From: a phage
NCBI GenBank assembly: GCA_025812035.1
Contig: GCA_025812035.1_4719.1
Direction: 5' to 3' (one strand)
DNA length: 64,000 nt
A program made the position numbers and the translations under genes. The notes beneath the pieces were generated by a model, which saw nothing but the letters and a program-made list of their open reading frames with translations, was not told the DNA's origin and did not search any database. Positions 19,749-28,932 of the stretch are shown piece after piece. The number at the start of each line of letters is the position of its first letter. Position 1 is the stretch's first letter.

Positions 19749-21227
19749 ATGATTAAAAATAGGGCAGAACACATGAAACTCAAACAAAGCTGGAAAAACG
19801 AACTCCTTGCATTAGTAAACAGCAAAAACAGTTTACAACTGACATTAGACGACGTAAAATTTGAACTAACCGAACCGGTAAGCGAAGTGCCTGGAACGGT
19901 CGTTGTTACGATCAAACCGAACGATAATAGTCGCTACTTTAACGAGCAGTCTCTGACCTACGTCCGTCGAGACATTGCTAAAAACTTCACCGGGATTCCG
20001 TTACGGGTTATCGTTAAAAAAGATACCGCCGTAAGGGATATCATCAGTACGATTGCTAAACGTTACGGACTGGTATTTGATACCACTGTCGACTTCCTCG
20101 AATCAGAACTGAATAAGCAAATTACTTTCGCAGACACCGGTATTAAAGACGTTACGGTTCCGGTTGCCAATACGTCTTATGTTTGGGCCGGTAATCTTCA
20201 GTTCAATATCGCTAACGATACGTTAAGCTTGATTACTATCATCAAGAAAACCGATCTTACGAATCTGGTTTATCTGGATGGTGTTGAAGCTGACACATCG
20301 GGGTCGTTACTGTTAGCAACCGCAGCACTTGTTAACGAACACGTAAATGAACCGATGGTTGAAAACGAAGATATCGTTAATGAATTCATTAACGTTCTTA
20401 ATGCTCTAGCCAAATATGGTGACATAACCGGCGATGAATTAGATGCCGCCTTACAAGCGTACGATGAAGCAGAAAACAGGAATAAAACCACGGTAATAAC
20501 TCTTGGTGATATCGAGTGCGTTGCAACCGAAAAAGACGATTGGGAAATTGGACATTTACGCGGTCGGATGGTTCTCGCGCTCAAATCCGATAAACAACCG
20601 GAGCTCGATAACACGTTCAGGTTGTTTACGAATGGTGGTGATGTATCGCTAACGTTAAACACAATGAAAGATATAAGTATCGATTGGGGTGATGGGAATA
20701 AAGTAACGTTGGATGCCGAAGAAAGATACGCGCACCACACATATGCCGACAATAACCAATACCAAATCGAAATTGTGTCTCGTACGGACCCAGATGTGCT
20801 GCGACCAAATTATATTTCTGGGAGTGAGATAACCGAAGTAATTCACTGGGCTACTACTTCAACAATAGCTCTGAATTTTGTTGGATGCGATAATTTAGCG
20901 ACTGTTCCAGATGAGATCCCAACTTCGTGGACAACGTTGGACAGCATGTTTGAAAGTTGTACGAATTTGAATGATCCGTCTATCTCTAACTGGAATACAA
21001 GTAACATCACATCAATGAATGGTATGTTCGGCGGATGCACTAAATTTAACCAACCTTTAGCTGCCTGGGATGTCAGCTCGGTAACTGACATTGGTGGTAT
21101 GTTTGTCGGGTGTAGCAGTTTTAACCAAGATTTAAGTGGATGGCGATTACCGTCTGGAGTAAACCACCGCGATTACGATAGTGGTGCTTTCTCGTGGCAG
21201 ACGGAACATAAACCGACGTTCAAGTAA
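19749..21227 (+). CDS. protein with C-terminal DUF285/BspA-type repeats (possible start at ATG 19773)
   Basis: tandem repeats of MF..C..(L/F)N...S.W(N/D)(T/V)S.(I/V)T.M..MF over the last 100 residues. Confidence 0.6.
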   Translation: MIKNRAEHMKLKQSWKNELLALVNSKNSLQLTLDDVKFELTEPVSEVPGTVVVTIKPNDNSRYFNEQSLTYVRRDIAKNFTGIPLRVIVKKDTAVRDIISTIAKRYGLVFDTTVDFLESELNKQITFADTGIKDVTVPVANTSYVWAGNLQFNIANDTLSLITIIKKTDLTNLVYLDGVEADTSGSLLLATAALVNEHVNEPMVENEDIVNEFINVLNALAKYGDITGDELDAALQAYDEAENRNKTTVITLGDIECVATEKDDWEIGHLRGRMVLALKSDKQPELDNTFRLFTNGGDVSLTLNTMKDISIDWGDGNKVTLDAEERYAHHTYADNNQYQIEIVSRTDPDVLRPNYISGSEITEVIHWATTSTIALNFVGCDNLATVPDEIPTSWTTLDSMFESCTNLNDPSISNWNTSNITSMNGMFGGCTKFNQPLAAWDVSSVTDIGGMFVGCSSFNQDLSGWRLPSGVNHRDYDSGAFSWQTEHKPTFK

Positions 21228-21247
21228 AAAAAAAATAGTTAGCATAT

Positions 21248-21288
21248 CTTCCTCCCCGCCCATAACGGGCGGGGAGGAAGGTTTATGC
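21248..21288 (+). terminator. 14-bp perfect GC hairpin between convergent genes, followed by GTTTATGCGC
   Basis: stem CTTCCTCCCCGCCC/GGGCGGGGAGGAAG, loop ATAAC. Confidence 0.6.
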
Positions 21289-21297
21289 GCTTATGAC

Positions 21298-21636
21298 TTA
21301 GAACCAGAGTTCTTTCATGAAGTAGGCTTCCATATCGTAGATAAGCCACTCATCAGGGATTTCTAAAGGATCGTCTTCGGTTAAGGTCAGCATGTGCAGG
21401 GCGAACGCACGCTTAATATCTTCCAGCAGCTTATCGTCACCGTAATCTTCGGGTAGTTTATTATCAACCAACTGGGTTTGTTTATAAACATCACGGAACG
21501 CTTCAGGACTATGTTTGTCCATTGGGAATTGTTCGGCAGCCTGGACCATCGATAACGTCCAGCTCACAACGTTGTAACGTTCGTCGTTAATTCCACTGAA
21601 CTTATCATCGATTAAACAAATTTGTTGTACGTTCAT
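21298..21636 (-). CDS. hypothetical acidic protein (112 aa)
   Basis: complete ORF. Confidence 0.5.
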   Translation of the reverse strand: MNVQQICLIDDKFSGINDERYNVVSWTLSMVQAAEQFPMDKHSPEAFRDVYKQTQLVDNKLPEDYGDDKLLEDIKRAFALHMLTLTEDDPLEIPDEWLIYDMEAYFMKELWF

Positions 21637-22526
21637 TCAATTTCTCCATTCTTATCTTGGTCGCAGTCGCATTCTTCGTTGTTCTTCTTACTTAAACGTA
21701 AGACACCGAGTGCAGCATGCTTGAGTTCTTGCAAGGCGCTTTTCAGCTGACCTTCTTCGTCGAAATCAAAATACTTCTCGTTGTAGCTTAATGCTGGAAT
21801 CATATTTACGAGAGGTTCGATGGCAGGCATCAGCATTTCAATGACGACCTTAGGGTCAACAAAACGTTCAAACCCTTCAGGAAGTTTACTTGCCACAACC
21901 TTATCGTTCTTGATGTAGAATTTGTTCTTGAACAAATCGTCAAGAATAGCGTTTTCTTCATCCGTGCGTTCCGCATAAGGACGATCGATCATCTGAACGA
22001 AAACACCATTCAATGTTTCAGGTACAGATGGATTTTCACGAATCGAAACCCCACCAGGAATCTCAATATCGATCTTCGCCCACTCAACTACCTGATGGTC
22101 TCGCGTGTAGATAACATCTACTTCCCACGCCAGACCGTCAGGACTTTCTACGGTGTAACGTGTTTTCGCTTGACCTTCCGGAGCCATACGCTCAATGGCA
22201 TCAAACATCTCGACCGGAATTTCTACTTCGCTTTCCGTCGCGTCACCTGGACCGCGATACACCTTCGTGGTCATGATGTATTTCGGTTCTTCGTTACCGA
22301 TCTGTATCGCACGTGCGCGCACCTGACCTTTCACACCACCAACGGCTGTGTTATCGAACAACCATTGATGTTGCACCATATGTTCAATTTTCGATGCTAC
22401 TTGACGAAGACGTTCAACGCCATCTTCGGCCAGTTTGCCAAAGAAGACCAGCTCACGTTCCTGCTGTGTCTCACCACTTAACATCATTAAATTGGCGATT
22501 TGTTTCACGCCTCTTACTTTTGACAT
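21633..22526 (-). CDS. hypothetical protein (start moved to ATG 22524..22526)
   Basis: GGAG RBS before internal ATG; longer form would run into hairpin 22544..22561. Confidence 0.5.
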   Translation of the reverse strand: MSKVRGVKQIANLMMLSGETQQERELVFFGKLAEDGVERLRQVASKIEHMVQHQWLFDNTAVGGVKGQVRARAIQIGNEEPKYIMTTKVYRGPGDATESEVEIPVEMFDAIERMAPEGQAKTRYTVESPDGLAWEVDVIYTRDHQVVEWAKIDIEIPGGVSIRENPSVPETLNGVFVQMIDRPYAERTDEENAILDDLFKNKFYIKNDKVVASKLPEGFERFVDPKVVIEMLMPAIEPLVNMIPALSYNEKYFDFDEEGQLKSALQELKHAALGVLRLSKKNNEECDCDQDKNGEIE

Positions 22527-22594
22527 ACATGCTCCGGTTATAAGGGTCTGTTTCCAGACCCCTCGTTGATTTTTGATTTCACCAAACGCTATCG

Positions 22595-24856
22595 TCACAA
22601 TTCGAAATCTTCATCGATAACGCGCTGTGTGAGCACCTTGTCACTGAAGAACTCTACTTTGCGCTGATGGTATTTACGGTGCGCTTCGATAGAGGTACAC
22701 ACCAGATACCAGAACGTTGGCGTCATTCCTTCAAACTTCCCTTTCAGCTGACGCAGTCGCCCCAACACCTGAATGTTACCGGTTCGTGATCCCATCGCTA
22801 ACGTCATGAACGCCATCACCAAATCAGGGAGGTCGATACCTGTCCCCGCCGATTTCACGGTTGTAACGCTGATATCGTTATCCAACAAGACCATGAAATC
22901 TTCTTCAGCGGTATAAGGACCGATCTCTAACTCGGGAATACGTTCACTGAGATAGTGCGACAATGACTTACACATATCAACGGTTGCACAATACACCAGC
23001 ATCTTCATACCTTCCTGATACTGGTTCATGAAACCTTTGATGATAACCGTATAGATAAAGTTGAAATACGCGAGTTTGAGTTGCTTATTCTTCATGATAG
23101 ACTGTTCGAATATCGTGTGTGAATAAGAACCCCCAAAGCCTTTGTATCTGATTTTATCTGTACTACGTAGTCGATACGTCACGGCATTTACCGCAATGTA
23201 TTTCTTGTATTCGCCTTTTGCGAAACGCGCTTCTTTCGGATACATCAAATACAACATCCGCTCGATGAACGGATCATCGGATACCGCTGTTGCCGACAGA
23301 TAAATGATTTCCGGAATATTGGCGTAACACTTGACTTTAAACAAGAAATGCAAGGCTTCGTGACATTCGTCGTGAATCAGTAGACCTATACCCGTCTTTT
23401 CCCAAAACTCAGCGGGATGGAAGGCGTATGGCGCAACGCAGTTATTCTTCTCGTAGTCCGCAATATAACGTTGGAACATGTTCAAGGAGAATAACGCGAT
23501 TTTGAAATCCAGCTCGCCTTGTTCCACCAACGTCTGGAATTCCAGCATGCTGTAACGAGGAATGTCGGGATGCGGTGGATCCTCCTTAGCGTTCCCGCGT
23601 ATCTCAATAACGTCCCCTGGTTCCATTCCGAAGAAGTTCAGCAATGAGCTTCGCCAACCTGGCATATACCGTGGAGAGAGTATGATGCCTGTGCGTACAC
23701 CACGTCGAAACACGATTTCCTGTGACATCGCGGTGTTGTGTGTGACGATGTGGTCTTTAATGACATAAAGGCTTTCGTCATTATCCACCGTGATGCAACG
23801 TGCTTTCGCTTTAACTGTCGGTACGATGCTATCAATCGCTAAACCAGGAAGCCTGTTAACAGGGAGATCGTCTGGAATCTCAACGTCGTCAGGAATAAGC
23901 TTAAGTAAATCGGAATGATAAATTAATGTCTCCATCGTGTAACTATCGATGGGGCATTTATACGCAATTCCTCCTAACTGATACGCCAACTCCCAAACCT
24001 TGGTTGTTATCTGTGAATCAACGGTTCTGACCGCAAGGTGAGCCTGTCCGTTTTCGATTCGCAACTCACAACGACCTTTGACCACCACCTTAAATTCTTC
24101 GAGACCTACGAGTTCTTTCGGTTCGTAAAGTCGGATTCTTATCGGACGGGGTCTGGCAGGTTTATCGTAAAGACATTCCATGATTTCGTCTGTGCTGAGA
24201 ACCTTATCGGGGTCAGTACAACGCCAGAGATGATCGCCACAAGCTTCAACCATTCTACCGTCCTCAAAGAAGATAGCATAAAGCTGAATATTGTCATGAT
24301 CGAAGATCGCTGTAACGTTGGTCGGTAGCCCATTCGCACCAATAACCCGATCCCCTACTTGAAGCTCACCAATCGGCTTCCAACCACCTGGAACCTTTAC
24401 AGGCGTATGAAGCGCTAGCGCTTTGCCACTGCCTGTTTGAGCGGTGTTTAGGCTCATTCTGAAGGGGGTATCCTTACCCCCGTTCATGTACTCCAGCCAT
24501 TCTTGCTGATCTTCTCGCCACGGAAACTTCCATTTCTTTACGAACTCCACTTCCTTACCGGGTACCGGATCATGGTAAACGATCTCCAGCCACTCTTTTC
24601 GGATTCCTCGGGAAAAGATAAAATCCAAAAACGATTTCAACTGTTCGCGGAGTAAGTATACCTCGCTATAATCGCTTCTCGCTGCGGCATACGTGTTTAT
24701 GGTATCGGTAACCATTCTCCGTGTACGAGGGTCACGTCGTTTCCTCAGATGCAAACAACGGTCTCGAAGGTAATGGCCGATAAGATGGGCAAATCGAAGT
24801 CCGTATCCGCTCAGCTTCATGCCATGCGAGAAGACGTCGATACGAGCTAACTTCAT
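22595..24856 (-). CDS. SF2 (DExH-box) helicase precursor containing an in-frame intein in the P-loop
   Basis: Walker A AQTGSGK interrupted, DExH box LLIHDECHEA, motif III LSATA, motif VI QVLGRLRQ; start codon overlaps stop of the beta' C gene. Confidence 0.7.
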   Translation of the reverse strand: MKLARIDVFSHGMKLSGYGLRFAHLIGHYLRDRCLHLRKRRDPRTRRMVTDTINTYAAARSDYSEVYLLREQLKSFLDFIFSRGIRKEWLEIVYHDPVPGKEVEFVKKWKFPWREDQQEWLEYMNGGKDTPFRMSLNTAQTGSGKALALHTPVKVPGGWKPIGELQVGDRVIGANGLPTNVTAIFDHDNIQLYAIFFEDGRMVEACGDHLWRCTDPDKVLSTDEIMECLYDKPARPRPIRIRLYEPKELVGLEEFKVVVKGRCELRIENGQAHLAVRTVDSQITTKVWELAYQLGGIAYKCPIDSYTMETLIYHSDLLKLIPDDVEIPDDLPVNRLPGLAIDSIVPTVKAKARCITVDNDESLYVIKDHIVTHNTAMSQEIVFRRGVRTGIILSPRYMPGWRSSLLNFFGMEPGDVIEIRGNAKEDPPHPDIPRYSMLEFQTLVEQGELDFKIALFSLNMFQRYIADYEKNNCVAPYAFHPAEFWEKTGIGLLIHDECHEALHFLFKVKCYANIPEIIYLSATAVSDDPFIERMLYLMYPKEARFAKGEYKKYIAVNAVTYRLRSTDKIRYKGFGGSYSHTIFEQSIMKNKQLKLAYFNFIYTVIIKGFMNQYQEGMKMLVYCATVDMCKSLSHYLSERIPELEIGPYTAEEDFMVLLDNDISVTTVKSAGTGIDLPDLVMAFMTLAMGSRTGNIQVLGRLRQLKGKFEGMTPTFWYLVCTSIEAHRKYHQRKVEFFSDKVLTQRVIDEDFEL
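23735..24421 (-). other. intein (229 aa, residues A146..N374 of the helicase precursor)
   Basis: inserted between GSGK and T of Walker A; ends ..VTHN followed by Thr; Ala at position 1, DHLW and RCITV segments resemble the class 3 Trp/Cys/Thr arrangement. Confidence 0.55.
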
Positions 24857-26859
24857 AACGTGAATACATCCTCTGGTTTAGGTTCTTTACGCGGTAAAAG
24901 CATGTAGTCGATCGGATGATCCGGCTTCATGGTTGGGATATAACTGTTCGGGTTTTGGAACGCATCCAGCTGCTCTTGGTGGGCGAACTTCATACTCAAG
25001 GAGCGCATGTTCATGTTCTTCTTGAAGGTACTGAAGTATCGTGTTGTTCCCTGTTTCGGCATGCGATAATCTTTCGTGTGTGGCGAACGAATCATGCTAG
25101 CGTAGAGAATAACATCGAGATGCGAGAGGTTCATTCGCAGACGCTGGGCACATAGACGATGCCAATAATACAGCACGTTTGCAACTTCTTCCGGCGTTGC
25201 TTCGTCTTCCGAAAGGAATCCAGCACTGAAAGAACCTTTCCCGAATTTGAATTCACGTTCGATTTCTTTTGCGTATTCCATCATGTTTTTGTGGATTAAC
25301 GGCATCTGGAATAACGTACGTGAATTGTCCCAATGTTTCAAGTCGAAAATCACAATCCCATCGGACGTCACTTCCCAGCTATGGCGTTTGAGATAACGGA
25401 TAAACGCTTTACTCGGCACAACGGGACGCCCACAGAAATCGAAATTGACTTTGAGCTTACGATAGCTTTCATCTTTCCTGTCGTAAATCTCCATATCACA
25501 AAGCGTCATGTTAAACAAACGCTGCGGTATCAGCGAACTGATTTCTTCCGCTTCTGCTACGTCGTACAACATGTTGGCAAGACCTAACTTCATCTTAATC
25601 AACACATGTTTACCTTTCAGCTCACGTGCGAGTTTGATGTCGTTCATGTTCTGGCTGTAGCGAAGGATATGTTGATATTCCGGCGGGATCGGTGCTGTGG
25701 ATACCGTCGACGAACCATCGTGGTGTTTGGTAGAAAGAATGTTCTGTGTTACCTGTTGCGAACAGGTACGCGCTGCACCATCGCCAACATTATCGGTTAA
25801 TGCGAAGTTATGGCTTAATTCACCATAACACGTCGTGCACACCCCGGCTGGATCGGGATGATGGCAATAGTTAACGGAGCGCATACGCACTGTCGTGCCG
25901 ATTAATTCTTTCATATGCGGCTGTATCGCTACCAATGAACCGTCGTCGCGAATAATGAATCGACCGTGGAATCCACGTAGGTCGGTCTCATCACGGATTG
26001 GCATCGGGATGGTCTCTTTACTACCACAATCACCAGGATGGAGTCGTTGTACAACCGCTGTCGCTATCTGAAGTTCACGACCGAAATACTCAGACTTTTT
26101 AATCTGCTCTTTGTTGAACAGCAACGATTTCGCTGCAGAACGGCTTTCTTTCAAGCTGTCGGGAAGAGAGATCAAACCGGCTGCGTATGACCGCATTACC
26201 GGGTCACGGAATATCTCGGAGTTAATATCAGTTAAGAATCCACGCATTCCGATACATTGCAACACCTGCCCGATCGAAACGTGTTCGGTTCTTACCGCAC
26301 GTGCGATAGGGTTAGCATGCAACGTTTTATCGGTGCTTAACACCTTCGTCAGTTTCTTGTATGCGCTTTCGATGCCTTCGCGGGTAGGCTCCGCTTCAGC
26401 GATGATTTTCTTAACTTCAGGGTGTACGGTAATCTGATAAAAATCGTCCGCGCAAATAGTTGTTACGTATTCCTCCAACGCATACGTAAAGAAGTTATAT
26501 ACGTTATTAAACATATCGAACAGTGCTTTCCAGAGAACCTCGCGATTCTCTTGCGGATAAGCATACATGCACTGACGATATGCGGCGCTTTGCAACGCAA
26601 CCGATGAACCAGCGGTAAACTTGCGTTTATCGACCAGGTTCTCTTTTGTCAACGGTGTCTCAGGGTACATGCGATGCACAGACCAATGCATGTAGCTAAA
26701 GAAAATGCGTCGCGCACGCAGTTCATGAACACCATCATCCATCTCGATATACACGCGGTCATTAGGCTGTGCCCACTCGAACACCTCATCAACAGGCCAA
26801 TGCATAAGCTCGCGTGCCCGCACACGGCGTTTCGTGCCGGTCATCTGTGTTGTAGTCAT
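24853..26859 (-). CDS. multisubunit RNA polymerase beta'-like subunit, C-terminal fragment
   Basis: segment VRMRSVNYCHHPDPAGVCTTCYG..ARTCSQQVTQNILSTKHHDGSS parallels E. coli beta' RSVVSCDTDFGVCAHCYG..GEPGTQLTMRTFHIGG. Confidence 0.65.
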   Translation of the reverse strand: MTTTQMTGTKRRVRARELMHWPVDEVFEWAQPNDRVYIEMDDGVHELRARRIFFSYMHWSVHRMYPETPLTKENLVDKRKFTAGSSVALQSAAYRQCMYAYPQENREVLWKALFDMFNNVYNFFTYALEEYVTTICADDFYQITVHPEVKKIIAEAEPTREGIESAYKKLTKVLSTDKTLHANPIARAVRTEHVSIGQVLQCIGMRGFLTDINSEIFRDPVMRSYAAGLISLPDSLKESRSAAKSLLFNKEQIKKSEYFGRELQIATAVVQRLHPGDCGSKETIPMPIRDETDLRGFHGRFIIRDDGSLVAIQPHMKELIGTTVRMRSVNYCHHPDPAGVCTTCYGELSHNFALTDNVGDGAARTCSQQVTQNILSTKHHDGSSTVSTAPIPPEYQHILRYSQNMNDIKLARELKGKHVLIKMKLGLANMLYDVAEAEEISSLIPQRLFNMTLCDMEIYDRKDESYRKLKVNFDFCGRPVVPSKAFIRYLKRHSWEVTSDGIVIFDLKHWDNSRTLFQMPLIHKNMMEYAKEIEREFKFGKGSFSAGFLSEDEATPEEVANVLYYWHRLCAQRLRMNLSHLDVILYASMIRSPHTKDYRMPKQGTTRYFSTFKKNMNMRSLSMKFAHQEQLDAFQNPNSYIPTMKPDHPIDYMLLPRKEPKPEDVFTL

Positions 26860-27004
26860 TATCGCTTTCCGATTTAAATGGTTTTATCATACGGTTTACC
26901 AATTCCGTTGGAATTTACTATCGCTGTGATAGCATTGGGAATCCCTTCCCTTAGGTTATGTAGGTGTTAATATATCTCCACTACTGACGTAAAGGTCAGC
27001 AGCA

Positions 27005-27490
27005 TTATCCAGCTTTCTGTTGTAAAGCGTATGGATCCATAGCGTCCGACATATCAGCAAAAACGGTGAGAATAAACCCCTTTATCTGTCTCACTTCAGT
27101 GACACGAAATCCTTTATCGTTACGATATACGTTTTCCTCACCAACTAACTTTGGCCGAATAGCATAAACCCCATCAACAAACGGGAATGTCGAATACGGA
27201 TAAACACCAATACGAATGATGTTTGGGTGATCGCCTAGAAGGTCACGTCCGAACTTATCGACTCGACCATAGATCGTTCCATCCGTACCTTCCACTTCAA
27301 TGAGGTTATTTCGAATATCCTGAAATAGCTGCTCTAACGTGTCAGCGGGGTACGTGTATGCGATACCTAACGCAGGATCCTCGATCGTTTTGACACTGAA
27401 TCCGTTAAGCCAAACAATCCGTTCATCTGCCCATGTATCTTTATATATTGTTAATCCATCGCCGTATATGTTGGCGCGTGCTATCTCCAT
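27005..27490 (-). CDS. hypothetical protein (161 aa)
   Basis: complete ORF. Confidence 0.5.
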   Translation of the reverse strand: MEIARANIYGDGLTIYKDTWADERIVWLNGFSVKTIEDPALGIAYTYPADTLEQLFQDIRNNLIEVEGTDGTIYGRVDKFGRDLLGDHPNIIRIGVYPYSTFPFVDGVYAIRPKLVGEENVYRNDKGFRVTEVRQIKGFILTVFADMSDAMDPYALQQKAG

Positions 27491-27651
27491 AATCTCATTT
27501 CCTCTTCTACGTTAGGATAGATGACATGTTGGATATATGTTGCCTTTGCATATATTGCTTTATTTCCGTCAGAAATAACGGAAAAATAAACAACAACATA
27601 AAACCCTCCCACCTCCACGCGGGAGAGGGAGGGCGATTGGTTAATCTTTCG

Positions 27652-28014
27652 TTACTCTATACTGTCTTCTTCTGTATCTTCCTCTTCGGAACCATCGAAC
27701 GTTTTCTGCACTACCGTGGTATCCCAGTTAGCGGCGTAATCGGCCATCGCCTCACGTAACGCTTCTTCACCAGCATCACCAGCCAGGTCAAGTATGACCA
27801 ACCCTTGTGCGACGTTTTGAGCAACGGTATCAATAACGGTAGCATCTTCTTCGAAACTACGTACCGGCTCAATGGTGCCTACGTCAACAGCATAGTTCGT
27901 GGTTGCTGTAAGCACTGCGACTTGTAACGCATTGCTATCCTCATCGTGCAGTGCTGCTTCAATACCGATCGGACGGGCCAGTTCTTGCAGTGTCAATTTG
28001 CGAATTAAGTTCAT
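27652..28014 (-). CDS. hypothetical acidic protein (120 aa)
   Basis: complete ORF. Confidence 0.45.
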   Translation of the reverse strand: MNLIRKLTLQELARPIGIEAALHDEDSNALQVAVLTATTNYAVDVGTIEPVRSFEEDATVIDTVAQNVAQGLVILDLAGDAGEEALREAMADYAANWDTTVVQKTFDGSEEEDTEEDSIE

Positions 28015-28037
28015 TATGTCTTTTCCTCAGGTGAATG

Positions 28038-28388
28038 TTAGCAATCGTTTAAAACTTTTTCAATACGGTGGTTGACGAGTTCATTGAACGACTCTTCAAC
28101 TTGTTCGATAATTTCATCAACATCGATATCCAATTGTTGGGGTTGAATAACGTGCTCTTTCATGGTTTCTAGCCAGTATTCGGCTTTAACCATAACGTTA
28201 GCTACTTGTTCGACCTGGCTGCGTATGTCGATGATCTGGCAGTCTGGATTTTTAATGTCGATGATGTGTCCGTGATGACTGATAAAACCGAGCTTATTCG
28301 ATGCCTTTACCGCATCGCGGGCAAGTTCTTGCAAGATTAAATTATTTACGTAGTTCACTGCTACGGAACGATTTTCTTTATCACTCAT
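28038..28388 (-). CDS. hypothetical protein (116 aa)
   Basis: complete ORF. Confidence 0.45.
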   Translation of the reverse strand: MSDKENRSVAVNYVNNLILQELARDAVKASNKLGFISHHGHIIDIKNPDCQIIDIRSQVEQVANVMVKAEYWLETMKEHVIQPQQLDIDVDEIIEQVEESFNELVNHRIEKVLNDC

Positions 28389-28455
28389 ACCAGGGATCCT
28401 CTTTTAAGTGGTCACATTCTAGTGTTAAGCAGTTAAAATAAACCGTCCCTTTAAT

Positions 28456-28496
28456 CAGCATAAACATCCTCCTCCCACCACATGGGCAGGAGGAGG
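28456..28496 (-). terminator. GC hairpin followed by TTTATGCTG
   Basis: stem CCTCCTCC/GGAGGAGG. Confidence 0.45.
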
Positions 28497-28507
28497 CGTA
28501 ATATACA

Positions 28508-28921
28508 TCAGAAAGGTGTGCGGTTTTTATATTCGAATAGTGTCTGAAGGACGCATCGCGCTAGCGAGTTTTGTAATTCGATACGTCCTTGTTCTCCGAA
28601 CAGATCCAACACCATCATCCCTTTTGCTGTTTTCTCTGCCACTTCTTCACAAATCTGTAAATTGTACATGTCGTCATTACCGAGTTCCTTTCGACCGATC
28701 GAACTGACATGCATCAACTCACCTTTACTATCGCGAACATCGGAGAATGCATCATAGACCGCATCGATGTTCGCAGAACGCGTCAAACCCTCCGCTTCAC
28801 GCCATTCTCGGTATGTATCATCAAGCGTTTGTTCCTCGCTCGAGGTCGTTGATTCACCGTTAGTAGTTGGACGAATCAAATTGGGTGTTATCATTGCTAT
28901 TACGCTATCGTAATGCTCCAT
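28508..28921 (-). CDS. hypothetical protein (137 aa)
   Basis: complete ORF. Confidence 0.45.
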   Translation of the reverse strand: MEHYDSVIAMITPNLIRPTTNGESTTSSEEQTLDDTYREWREAEGLTRSANIDAVYDAFSDVRDSKGELMHVSSIGRKELGNDDMYNLQICEEVAEKTAKGMMVLDLFGEQGRIELQNSLARCVLQTLFEYKNRTPF

Positions 28922-28932
28922 CGTTTACCTCG

